Below are positions 1 to 8,751 of a DNA stretch of 64,000 nt, in pieces (within the stretch, counting starts at the first letter, position 1; every line of letters begins with the position of its first letter). The stretch lies in assembly GCF_035325945.1 (NCBI RefSeq), contig NZ_DAOKYX010000002.1, positions 13,757 through 77,756 on the forward strand, read 5' to 3'. The position numbers were made by a program, and so were the translations under genes. The DNA is from Parvibaculum sp. (GTDB lineage Bacteria; Pseudomonadota; Alphaproteobacteria; Parvibaculales; Parvibaculaceae). The notes beneath the pieces were generated by a model. The model had not been told where the DNA came from and did no database searches. It saw only the letters and a program-made list of their open reading frames with translations.

Positions 1-291
1 CTGAATGCGCCTGAGGATGTTGGCGCGCTGCCTGCCGACTACCGCGAACAGGCGGTTGCCTTCACAAGGGCGAAGCTCAACGATCCGAAGGCCAATGTGA
101 CAGTGCTCGCGCCTTCGAGCGAGATCGCCAACTGCAATGTCAGCGTCATCGGAAGTCATTTCGGCTGGATGGTGCCGGTCGTCTATGACGCGCCGGACGG
201 CTGTGGCGACTGCGAAGGCCACAAGACCATGTATCTGTGGTTCAGCCACGGCAAGATCGAGCACATGTCCTATTTTCCGGACCAGTGCTGA
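1..291 (+). CDS. C-terminal end of a hypothetical protein (5' end outside the window)
   Basis: Frame 1 is open from base 1 to TGA 289-291. Strong G/C bias at third codon positions. Cys-rich tail (DGCGDCEGHK...PDQC). No family recognised. Confidence 0.5.
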   Translation: MNAPEDVGALPADYREQAVAFTRAKLNDPKANVTVLAPSSEIANCNVSVIGSHFGWMVPVVYDAPDGCGDCEGHKTMYLWFSHGKIEHMSYFPDQC

Positions 292-306
292 CGGAGACAT
301 GACGGC

Positions 307-2988
307 CTAACGGTGATGAGCGCTCTCTAGGCGTTCGACCGCGACGGCGGTGAGCTTGTATTCCGGCGCGTGAACGACCCTGTCGCGGTGGGGGCTCGTC
401 ACACGGTTGAGAACGTTCTCAGGATCGTGGAAGGTGGCGAAGACCTCGCCCGTCTTCATTCCCTCATCGAGGCGCAGCGTCAGTTGCGCCTCGCCGTGGC
501 GGCTTCTCACGCACACCCGCGCGCCCGCTTGCAGCCCGAGGCGGGCGGCATCTGACGGCGCCATGTCGAGCGTGTCGGTCGGGCGAAGCTTCGCATTATC
601 CGTTCGCATGGTCATGGTTCCGGCGTTGAACTGGTAGAGATCGCGGCCGGTCATGAGCAGGAACGGAAACTCGTCATCGGTTACTTCTTCGCTCGGTATG
701 TAGTCGATGCAGCGCAGGGGCGCGGCGCGGGCATGGGCGAATTGCGCAACATGCATGATCTCCGTGCCGGGGTCGCTTTCACTGCGGCAGGGCCATTGGA
801 GGCCGCCCGCTTCGAGGCGGTCATAGGCGATGCCGCGTCCGTCAGGCCAGAGAGCGCGGATTTCGTTCCAGATGGCTTCGGACGACGCGAAGGAAAACGA
901 GGAGCCGTGTCCCATGCGTGCGGCGATTTCCTGAACGATCTTCCAGTCCGGCAGGGCCTCGCCCGGCGGCGTGACAGCTTTCCTCACGCGCTGGATACGG
1001 CGTTCCGAATTCATGAAGGTGCCATCCTTCTCGAAGGCCGAGGCGGCAGGAAGAACCATGTGCGCTAAATGGCGCGCGGTTTCGTTGATGAAGAGGTCCT
1101 GCACGACAATGAATTCGAGGTTCGAGAGCGCCTCGCGGGTTTCATTCATGTTCGGAAGGGTCGCCAAAATGTCGTAGCCGACGACCCAGAGCGCCTTGAG
1201 ACTGCCTGCGGCGGCGGCGTCGATCATGCCCAGTAGATCGTGGCCGGGGCGCGTGGGAATGGCAGTCTTCCAGATCGCCTCGAAGCGGCTTCGGCCTTCC
1301 TCGATGGCAATGGCGCCGGTGAGGCTTGCCGGTTCGCAACCCATATGCGCGGCGCCTTGCACATTGTTCTGCCCACGGAGCGGATTGATGCCTGCGCCCG
1401 GCTTTCCGAGATTACCTGTAAGTAGGGCAAGATTTGTGAGCGCCATCACCCCTTCGGTTCCCTGTGTGTGCTCGGTGAGGCCGAGCCCGTGGAACGCCAT
1501 GGCGGGAGACGCCGCCGCATAGAGGCGCGCTGCGTCGCGGATCGCGCCCGCCGGAACGCCGCAGATCGCAGCCACGCGTTCCGGCGTCCAGCCTGCAATG
1601 AAGCGACCGAAATCCTCCCATGCGGCTATGCGTTCGCGGATGAAGGTCGCGTCGAACAATTTTTCCTCGACGATGACGTGGGCGAGCGCGTTGAGCAGCG
1701 GCACGTTCGTGCCCGGCCGGGGCGCGAGATGCAGCGTCGCATAGTCTGCAAGCTCGATCCTGCGCGGGTCGATCACGATGAGTTTGGCACCGTCGAGAAC
1801 GCGCTGCTTGATGCGGGCGCCGACAACCGGATGATTGCCCGTCGGATTGGCGCCGACGATGAGAAACGCGCTCGCCTTCTCGATGTCGTCGAAGGAATTT
1901 GTGGCCGCGCCCGTGCCGAGCATGGCCTTGAGTGCGGCGGCGCTCGGCGCATGGCAGACACGCGCGCAGCAATCGACATTATTCGTGCCGAGCACAATGC
2001 GGGCGAATTTTTGCAGCAGATAGTTTTCCTCATTCGTCGCGCGGGCGGAGCCGAGAACGCCGATGGCATCGGGACCAAATGTCCCGGCAATGCGGGTGAA
2101 TTCCTTTGCGCAACTGTTGAGGGCGACGTCCCAGCCGAGCGGTTCCCATCCATCGTGGCCGCGCTTCAGCGGCTGCCGGAGGCGGTCAGGCGAGGCGTTG
2201 AAGGCAAAGGCATAGCGTCCCTTGGAGCAGAGATGCCCCTTGCTGACGGGGCTGTCCGCTGCGGGGCGGATTTCCAGCACCTGCGAGCCGCGGCTGTGGA
2301 TCTCGATCTCGCATCCGACGCCGCAATAGGCGCAGGTCGAGCGTGTCCATTTGTCGTCGTCGCGAAACGCCGTCGAGAAGATATCCGTGAGCGCGGCCGT
2401 GGGGCAGGTGTCGACGCAGGCGCCGCAGGCAACGCAATCGCTCGAGGCGAGATCGGACGCGTCGCCCGGCACGATCTCGGTTTCGGCGCCGCGGCCGACC
2501 GCATGCCAGACGAATTGTCCCTGCACCTCGTCGCAGATGCGCACACAGCGGAAGCAGTCGATGCACTGCGCCATGTCGACCTTTATGATCGGGTGCGAAT
2601 GATCGCGCTCGCGCTCCGGCGATGGCTGCCCGCGCGGTTCGACGCCATAGCGGCGCATGAGCATGTGAAGCTCTTTTCCGGGCAACGCATCGAAGCTCGC
2701 CGGTGAAATGCGATCTGCCATCCAGGCGAGGATGGTCCTCCTGAAACCTTCGAGCGCGGGCGAGCGAGTCGTGATGGACATGCCGTCGGTGGCTGCCGTC
2801 GTGCAAGCCATGCGAGGATGCGGTTCGCCCGCAATCTCCACGGCGCATATGCGGCAGCCGCCGGCGGGGCGCAGGCGCGGATCGTGGCACAGCGTCGGCA
2901 GGTCGATGCCGATATGACGTGCCGCCTCCAGGACGGTGGTGCCGGGGGCTACGTCCAGTTTGCGGCCGTCAATTTCCACGACAGGCAT
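307..2988 (-). CDS. Molybdopterin oxidoreductase, formate dehydrogenase alpha-subunit type (FdhF/FdsA-like, Cys form)
   Basis: ATG at 2986-2988 has GGGAGG 5 nt upstream (the longest ORF extends to 3024). N-terminal 2Fe-2S motif CHDPRLRPAGGCRIC and 4Fe-4S motifs CIDCFRCVRIC and CVACGACVDTCP. NNVDCCARVCHAPS matches the FdhF active-site segment, with Cys where E. coli has Sec. Confidence 0.9.
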   Translation of the reverse strand: MPVVEIDGRKLDVAPGTTVLEAARHIGIDLPTLCHDPRLRPAGGCRICAVEIAGEPHPRMACTTAATDGMSITTRSPALEGFRRTILAWMADRISPASFDALPGKELHMLMRRYGVEPRGQPSPERERDHSHPIIKVDMAQCIDCFRCVRICDEVQGQFVWHAVGRGAETEIVPGDASDLASSDCVACGACVDTCPTAALTDIFSTAFRDDDKWTRSTCAYCGVGCEIEIHSRGSQVLEIRPAADSPVSKGHLCSKGRYAFAFNASPDRLRQPLKRGHDGWEPLGWDVALNSCAKEFTRIAGTFGPDAIGVLGSARATNEENYLLQKFARIVLGTNNVDCCARVCHAPSAAALKAMLGTGAATNSFDDIEKASAFLIVGANPTGNHPVVGARIKQRVLDGAKLIVIDPRRIELADYATLHLAPRPGTNVPLLNALAHVIVEEKLFDATFIRERIAAWEDFGRFIAGWTPERVAAICGVPAGAIRDAARLYAAASPAMAFHGLGLTEHTQGTEGVMALTNLALLTGNLGKPGAGINPLRGQNNVQGAAHMGCEPASLTGAIAIEEGRSRFEAIWKTAIPTRPGHDLLGMIDAAAAGSLKALWVVGYDILATLPNMNETREALSNLEFIVVQDLFINETARHLAHMVLPAASAFEKDGTFMNSERRIQRVRKAVTPPGEALPDWKIVQEIAARMGHGSSFSFASSEAIWNEIRALWPDGRGIAYDRLEAGGLQWPCRSESDPGTEIMHVAQFAHARAAPLRCIDYIPSEEVTDDEFPFLLMTGRDLYQFNAGTMTMRTDNAKLRPTDTLDMAPSDAARLGLQAGARVCVRSRHGEAQLTLRLDEGMKTGEVFATFHDPENVLNRVTSPHRDRVVHAPEYKLTAVAVERLESAHHR

Positions 2989-3114
2989 GAGCGCCTCCCA
3001 TCCGCCGGCCGGGTGCGGGGCCATGCGAACGGGATCATTCTAGGCGCGGGCTGCTGCCGGGTCTTTAGGGAATGACCCTGCTTGACAAGAGAGGTGGGCG
3101 GCGCGCAAAGCCGC

Positions 3115-6100
3115 TCAGATTTCGGCTTCGAGCTCGCCTATCTCGTCTTCCTCTCCGGCGATCGCCTGATGGTCCTCGGCGATGAGCATATACATGGCCG
3201 GGACGACGAAGAGCGTGAAGAGCGTGCCGATGGCAAGGCCGCTTGCGATGACGAGACCGAGATTGAAGCGGGAGACGGCGCCGGCGCCGCTTGCCAGGAT
3301 GAGCGGCATGACGCCGAGCACCATGGCGGCCGTCGTCATGAGGATGGGTCGCAGGCGGATGCCTGCCGCTTCCTCGATCGCCTCGCGCTTCGACCGGCCC
3401 TGAAGCTGAAGGTTGTTCGCAAACTCGACGATGAGAATGCCGTGTTTGCTGATGAGGCCGATGAGCGTGACCAGTCCGACCTCGGTATAGATGTTGAGGC
3501 TCGCGCCGCCGAAGCCGAGATTGATGAACAGGAGAGCGCCGCAGAGCGACATGGGCACGGTGATGAGGATGATCACCGGGTCGCGGAAGCTCTCGAACTG
3601 GGCGGCGAGAGTGAGGAAGATGATGACGAGCGCGAAGAAGAAGGTGATGAGAAGCGCGCTGCTTTCCTGCACGAACTGGCGCGACTGGCCGCCGAAGTCG
3701 ATCGTGTAGCCCGTCGGCAAGGTCCGGCCCGCGAGGTCCCTCAGATAGTTGAGGGCTTCGCCGGTAGTGATGCTGGGATTGGGCACGCCGTTGATCGTCG
3801 CCGCGTTGAGCTGCTGGAAATGGTTGAGCGTTTGCGGAACGGTCTTCGTCTCGATATGCGCGACCGTCGATAGCGGTATCGAGGCGCCGGAGGCCGAGCG
3901 GATATAGTAGTTTCCGAGCTGATCCGTGTTCAGACGGAACTTCTGCTGCACCTGCGGTATGACCTTGTAGGAGCGGCCGGAGAGGCTGAAATAATTGACG
4001 TAGCCGCCGCCGAGCATGGAGGAGAGCGCCGCGCCCACATCGGTCATGGTGAGGCCCATCTGGGCCACCTTGTCGCGGTCGATCACGATCTCGGCCTGAG
4101 GCTTGTCGAACTTCAGATCGGTGTCGAGGAAGATGAAGTTGCCGCTCTTCTGGGCCTCGGCAAGAAACTGCTGCGACACCTCGTAGAGCTGCTCGAACGG
4201 CTCCGTCGTCTGGATCACGAAGTTGATGGGAAAGCCGCGCGCGCCCGGCAGGGGCGGCGGCTGGATGGCGGCGATGCGGGCGAGCGGAATCTTGTTGAGC
4301 TCGGCCTGCAACTCGTTCTGAAGCTTCGTTGCCGATTTGGTGCGCTCGTCCCACGGCGTCGTGACAAGGCCGGCGAAAGCCTGCGTCGGAAGGATGTTCT
4401 GGAAGACGTGATCCGTCTCCGGATGCTTCGCATAGATGTCATAGATCTCGCGCATCGCGATCTGGCGCTGCGCGAGCGTGGCCGAAGGCGAGGACGACAC
4501 GATGCTGACGACGATGCCCTGATCTTCCTGCGGGGCGAGTTCGGTCTTCGCGGTGGTGAACAGGAAATAGAGGCTGCCGATCACGATCAGCGCGAAGACG
4601 ACAACGACCGAAATCTGCTCGTGGCTCGCATGGAGCATCCGGGCGTATCCGTGGCGAAGTCGCTCGAAGCGCTCGTCGATGTAGGCGACGAGGCGCTGCT
4701 CCCAGTGGCTGCGCTCGGCATCATGCGGCTTCAGGAAGCGCGCGCACATCATGGGCGAGAGGGTTAGCGCGACGACCGCCGAAACGGTGACGGCGGCGAC
4801 GAGCGTGAAGGCGAATTCGGTGAAGAGTGCGCCCGTCAGGCCGCCCATGAAGCCGATGGGCACATAGACCGCGATCAGCACTACCGTCATGCTGACGATG
4901 GGGCTGCTCAATTCCCGTGCGGCGATGATTGACGCCTTGAGTGGTGGAAGGCCCTCCTCCAGATGCCGGTTCACGTTTTCGACGACGATGATGGCGTCGT
5001 CGACGACGAGGCCGATGGCGAGAACGAGCGCGAGCAGCGTCAGAAGGTTGATCGAGAAGCCGAACACCACCATGAAGGTGAAGGCGCCAATGAGCGACAG
5101 CGGAATGGCCAGCGTCGGAATGAGAACGGACCGGGGCGAACCGAGAAAGGCGAAGACGACGAGGGTGACGATGACAAGCGCCTCCACCAGCGTGCGGATG
5201 ACTTCGCTGATCGAACTGTTGACGAATTTCGTCGCGTCATAGGCGATGGCGCCGTGCAGCCCCTCGGGAAGCTGCGCCTGGATCTCGGGGAAGATATTGC
5301 GCACCCGCTTCATCACATCGAGCAGGTTGGCCGTGGGCGCCACCTTGATGCCGATCTGGACGGAGGGCTTGCCGTCGAAGGCGGCGGCGGTTTCGTAGTC
5401 CTCCGCGCCGAGGGTCACATTCGCCACGTCCTCGAGCCGGACGGAGGCGCCCTTCTTGTCGCGGATGATGAGGTTGCGGAATTCGTCGAGCGAGTGAAGG
5501 CTCGTCGAGGCTGTGAGGTCGATCTGGACCATCTGGCCCTTGGTCGTGCCGACGGCCGAAAGAAAGTCGTTGCGGGCGAGCGCGGCCGAGACGTCCGACG
5601 CCGTCAGCCCGTAGGCTGCGAGTTTGTCCGGGTCCATCCAGACGCGGAGCGCGAAGCGCTTCTCGCCCAGGAATTCCGCCTGCTGGACGCCTTCCACTGC
5701 CTGCAGCTTCGGCGTGACGACGCGCAGGAGGTAATCGCTGATCTGGTTGTTGGCGAGGACGTCGCTCGAGAAGCCGATATACATGGAGTCGATCGTCTCG
5801 CCGACGGCGATACTGATGACTGGCTCCTGCGCTTCAGGGGGAAGCTGGTTTTTGACCGCGTTGACGCGCGTGTTGATCTCGGTCAGCGCCTTGGCGGAGT
5901 CGTAGTTCAGGCGTATCTGCACCTGAATGACGGAGAGGCTCTGCGAACTCGTCGAGGTGATGTAGTCGATGCCGTTCGCCTGGGCGATCGAGGTTTCGAG
6001 CGGCGTCGTGATGAAGCCGGCCACGACATCGGCGCTGGCGCCGAAATAGGCCGTCTGCACGGTGACGACGGCATTTTCGGTGCGCGGATATTGCAGCACG

Positions 6101-6198
6101 GGCAGCAGCGATACCGACCTGAGGCCGAGCACGAGGATCATCAGGCTCACGACCGTGGCGAGAACCGGACGGCGGATGAAGATGTCCGTGAACTTCAT
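3115..6198 (-). CDS. RND efflux transporter permease (AcrB/MdtB-like)
   Basis: 1027 aa with N-terminus MKFTDIFIRRPVLATVVSLMILVLG. Length and 12-TM architecture fit the HAE1 family. An adaptor gene sits 12 nt upstream. Confidence 0.95.
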   Translation of the reverse strand: MKFTDIFIRRPVLATVVSLMILVLGLRSVSLLPVLQYPRTENAVVTVQTAYFGASADVVAGFITTPLETSIAQANGIDYITSTSSQSLSVIQVQIRLNYDSAKALTEINTRVNAVKNQLPPEAQEPVISIAVGETIDSMYIGFSSDVLANNQISDYLLRVVTPKLQAVEGVQQAEFLGEKRFALRVWMDPDKLAAYGLTASDVSAALARNDFLSAVGTTKGQMVQIDLTASTSLHSLDEFRNLIIRDKKGASVRLEDVANVTLGAEDYETAAAFDGKPSVQIGIKVAPTANLLDVMKRVRNIFPEIQAQLPEGLHGAIAYDATKFVNSSISEVIRTLVEALVIVTLVVFAFLGSPRSVLIPTLAIPLSLIGAFTFMVVFGFSINLLTLLALVLAIGLVVDDAIIVVENVNRHLEEGLPPLKASIIAARELSSPIVSMTVVLIAVYVPIGFMGGLTGALFTEFAFTLVAAVTVSAVVALTLSPMMCARFLKPHDAERSHWEQRLVAYIDERFERLRHGYARMLHASHEQISVVVVFALIVIGSLYFLFTTAKTELAPQEDQGIVVSIVSSSPSATLAQRQIAMREIYDIYAKHPETDHVFQNILPTQAFAGLVTTPWDERTKSATKLQNELQAELNKIPLARIAAIQPPPLPGARGFPINFVIQTTEPFEQLYEVSQQFLAEAQKSGNFIFLDTDLKFDKPQAEIVIDRDKVAQMGLTMTDVGAALSSMLGGGYVNYFSLSGRSYKVIPQVQQKFRLNTDQLGNYYIRSASGASIPLSTVAHIETKTVPQTLNHFQQLNAATINGVPNPSITTGEALNYLRDLAGRTLPTGYTIDFGGQSRQFVQESSALLITFFFALVIIFLTLAAQFESFRDPVIILITVPMSLCGALLFINLGFGGASLNIYTEVGLVTLIGLISKHGILIVEFANNLQLQGRSKREAIEEAAGIRLRPILMTTAAMVLGVMPLILASGAGAVSRFNLGLVIASGLAIGTLFTLFVVPAMYMLIAEDHQAIAGEEDEIGELEAEI

Positions 6199-6210
6199 GG
6201 CCTGCTCCGG

Positions 6211-7344
6211 TTACCGGTCCTGAACGACGGGATTGATCTCGTTTGGCAGCTTCACCTCGTTGTTGATGGTGACCGCCATGCCGTTCTTGAGCTTGAGCTG
6301 GCCGGTGGTCACGATCATGTCGCCTTCCTTGATGCCGCCGGTGATGGCGACCTGATCGCCCCGGGTCTCGCCCGTGGTGACGAAGGTTTCTCGCGCGGTC
6401 ATGACAGGCTTGCCATCGGCGCCGGGCTCGCCCTTGGTGACGACGTATACGGACTGGCCGTAAGGATTGTAGGTGATCGCCGTCTGCGGCAGGGTGAGGC
6501 GCTTTTCGGGCGAGCCGGTCGTGATGTTGATCGAGGCGAACATGCCCGGAAGGAGCCGGCGGTCAGGATTGGCGAGTTGGGCGCGGATGGCGACGTTGCG
6601 CGTTTCCGGGTCGAGCTTGGGGTCGATGGCGATGATCTCGCCGCTGAAGCTCTCGCCCGGGAAGGCGTCCGTGGTCACCACCACTTTCTGCCCGGTTGCG
6701 ATCTGCCTCACGTTCCGCTGGGGCAGCGAGAAGTCGACATAGATCGGGTCCAGCGCCTGCAGCGTCGTGACCTTGATGCCGGCGGCGAGATATTGCCCGA
6801 CATCGACGAGGCGGATGCCGACACGGCCGTCGAAGGGTGCAACGATCCGCTTCTTGTTGACCACGGCCTGCTGGGCGGCGACCTGGGCCTGGGCGCTCTT
6901 GTAGGTGGCGATGGCGTTGTCGAGCGCGGCCTGGCTCACCGTGCGGGACTTCACGAGCTGCTTGTTGCGCTCATAGGTGATGCGGGCAAGCTCGGCCGAT
7001 GCCTTGAGCGCGTTCAGGTTGGCGATGTCGTCCTCGTCGACGAGCCTGAGAATGACATCTCCGGCCTTCACATCGTCGCCCGACTTGAAGGGAACCTCGG
7101 CCACGATGCCGGCAAGCTGGGGAGCGATGTCCGTGCCGCGGACGGCGCGAAGCGTGCCCACGGCCTTCAGAACCGGGCTCCAGTCCATGGCTTCGGCGGG
7201 CATGGCGGAAACCGTCGCGGTCTGGTGGCTCATGGCCGCCAGGAATTTCCGGGTCATCATGCCGACAAACAGTTTCCAGCCGACGAAGCCCGCCAGGATG
7301 ACGCCGACTACGATGAGCATGGTGGCCATGCGCTTGGTCATCAT
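6211..7344 (-). CDS. RND efflux periplasmic adaptor (membrane fusion protein)
   Basis: 377 aa with an N-terminal TM anchor, then coiled-coil/lipoyl/beta-barrel-like sequence typical of HlyD/AcrA-family adaptors. Immediately upstream of the RND permease. Confidence 0.9.
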   Translation of the reverse strand: MMTKRMATMLIVVGVILAGFVGWKLFVGMMTRKFLAAMSHQTATVSAMPAEAMDWSPVLKAVGTLRAVRGTDIAPQLAGIVAEVPFKSGDDVKAGDVILRLVDEDDIANLNALKASAELARITYERNKQLVKSRTVSQAALDNAIATYKSAQAQVAAQQAVVNKKRIVAPFDGRVGIRLVDVGQYLAAGIKVTTLQALDPIYVDFSLPQRNVRQIATGQKVVVTTDAFPGESFSGEIIAIDPKLDPETRNVAIRAQLANPDRRLLPGMFASINITTGSPEKRLTLPQTAITYNPYGQSVYVVTKGEPGADGKPVMTARETFVTTGETRGDQVAITGGIKEGDMIVTTGQLKLKNGMAVTINNEVKLPNEINPVVQDR

Positions 7345-7668
7345 GGACTTCTCCGCGTTCGCAAAGACCGAAGGCTACCCGAATGTTCGTAAAGGGGCGG
7401 TGAGCGGCCGATAAGGCGTAGGATACAGGCAGGCCGCCGCCGCGCCAAAAATAGTTGGGCACATTTACTACGTCCGCGCCGCATACAGGGCAAGGGGTGG
7501 ATGAGGCCGGAAGGCCGGAAATGTGGTTTCCAGAGATTTACTGGCTCTTTCCAGTCGACGGGCCCGCCGCGTTCGCCCCTTCCAGCTCGTCCGGCGCCGG
7601 TCGATCCCGGGCCTTGAGGGATCGGCCGCGCGGATGGCGGGTGAGGGGCGGGACCGTCCGGGCCCTGC

Positions 7669-8451
7669 CTATTTGACGTATTTGCGGAATTCCGGCTTCC
7701 GCTTCTCCTTGAAGGCGTTGGTGCCTTCCCGCGCCTCGTCTGTATCGTAATAGAGCGCGACGGACTGCATGCCCATGGCGCCGATGCCCTTGATGTGATC
7801 GGTATCGGCGTTGAAGGAGCGTTTGGCGATGGCGATGGCGGTCGGGCTTTTTTCGAGGATTTCGGCGCACCAGCGGGCGATTTCGGCGTCGAGTTCCTCA
7901 TGCGGCACCACGGCGTTGACGAGGCCCATGGCAAGCGCCTCGGCGGCCGAGTAGCGCCGGCAGAGATACCAGATCTCGCGCGCCTTCTTTTCTCCGACGA
8001 CGCGGGCGAGATAGGCGGTGCCGAAGCCGGGATCGACGGAGCCGACCCTGGGCCCGACCTGGCCGAAGACCGCCTTTTCCGAGGCGATCGTGAAATCGCA
8101 GACCGTGCAGAGCACATTGCCGCCGCCGATGGCATAGCCCTGCACGCGGGCGATGACGGGTTTCGGTGCTTCGCGGATGAGGCTGTGCACCTCCTCGATG
8201 GGCAGGCCGATCGTGCCGCGGCCGTCATATTTTCCCGAATGCGCCGACTGGTCGCCGCCGGTGCAGAAGGCGCGCTCGCCCGCGCCGCCGAGCACGATGA
8301 CGCCGACCTCCTTCGACCAGGCTGCCCGGTTGAGCGCGTCGATCAGCTCTTCGCAGGTCTGGGCGCGAAAGGCGTTCATCTTGTCCGGGCGATTTATGGT
8401 GATGGTCGCGACGCCGTTCGCCTCGGCGTAAAGGATGTCGGTGTAGCTCAT
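7669..8451 (-). CDS. Crotonase-superfamily enzyme, MenB/BadI-like (1,4-dihydroxy-2-naphthoyl-CoA synthase family)
   Basis: 260 aa from ATG 8449-8451 (the listed 557-aa ORF is an upstream extension with non-protein-like sequence). Motifs ITINRPDKMNAF, AFCTGGDQS and GYAIGGGNVL match MenB-type enzymes. C-terminus is EGTNAFKEKRKPEF. Confidence 0.85.
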   Translation of the reverse strand: MSYTDILYAEANGVATITINRPDKMNAFRAQTCEELIDALNRAAWSKEVGVIVLGGAGERAFCTGGDQSAHSGKYDGRGTIGLPIEEVHSLIREAPKPVIARVQGYAIGGGNVLCTVCDFTIASEKAVFGQVGPRVGSVDPGFGTAYLARVVGEKKAREIWYLCRRYSAAEALAMGLVNAVVPHEELDAEIARWCAEILEKSPTAIAIAKRSFNADTDHIKGIGAMGMQSVALYYDTDEAREGTNAFKEKRKPEFRKYVK

Positions 8452-8499
8452 GCCTGCCTCCTGATTCACTGTCTGCCGAGCGTAAGGCTGCGAGGGGCC

Positions 8500-8528
8500 T
8501 TGGCAAGCGTCCTGCGCAGGCGTAGATT
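8500..8528 (+). promoter_or_regulatory. Candidate sigma70-type promoter (TTGGCA-N17-TAGATT)
   Basis: ttggca at 8500-8505, a 17-nt spacer, then tagatt at 8523-8528. It lies in the divergent spacer between the crotonase and methyltransferase genes. Sequence match only. Confidence 0.3.
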
Positions 8529-8534
8529 TGCGAA

Positions 8535-8689
8535 CGTCCCGGCAGAAGCCGGGCGAATGACTGGACGATGGAAATGGCGCACGGTTTTCTTTTCGTGAAG
8601 GGCTGGTGGACCACCTGAAGGGTGGCCCAGTCATGTCGTCTATCGACCTGCCGGATCGGCCGCCCCATTTGGAGGCGGCCTTTTTGTTT
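8535..8689 (+). ncRNA. Candidate ~155-nt sRNA or terminator-containing 5' leader
   Basis: Bounded by the candidate promoter and a strong intrinsic terminator. Internal hairpins are cccggc-agaa-gccggg (8538-8553) and GGTGG/CCACC/GGTGG (8605-8625). No family recognised. Confidence 0.35.
8658..8689 (+). terminator. Rho-independent terminator
   Basis: Stem ggccgcc (8658-8664) pairs with ggcggcc (8674-8680) and can be extended by 2 bp. It is followed by tttttgtttc. The T-tract exists only on the + strand. Confidence 0.7.
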
Positions 8690-8751
8690 CCGTGTTCGGA
8701 TCGAGGCCGCCCTTCCGGGGAGCGGCATCCGGCCCGAACATGGAGTGCAGG

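Noticed and set aside
307-2988. In-frame TGA (selenocysteine) in the Fdh-like gene
   Set aside because: The ORF is uninterrupted, and the active-site position is a Cys codon within ARVCHAPS. No SECIS is needed.
4963-7392. 809-aa ORF on the + strand across the RND permease and adaptor genes
   Set aside because: It is antisense to two genes with unmistakable family signatures. The translation is Arg/Gly/Asp/His/Ala-rich with no recognisable motif. Long stop-free antisense frames are expected in GC-rich DNA.
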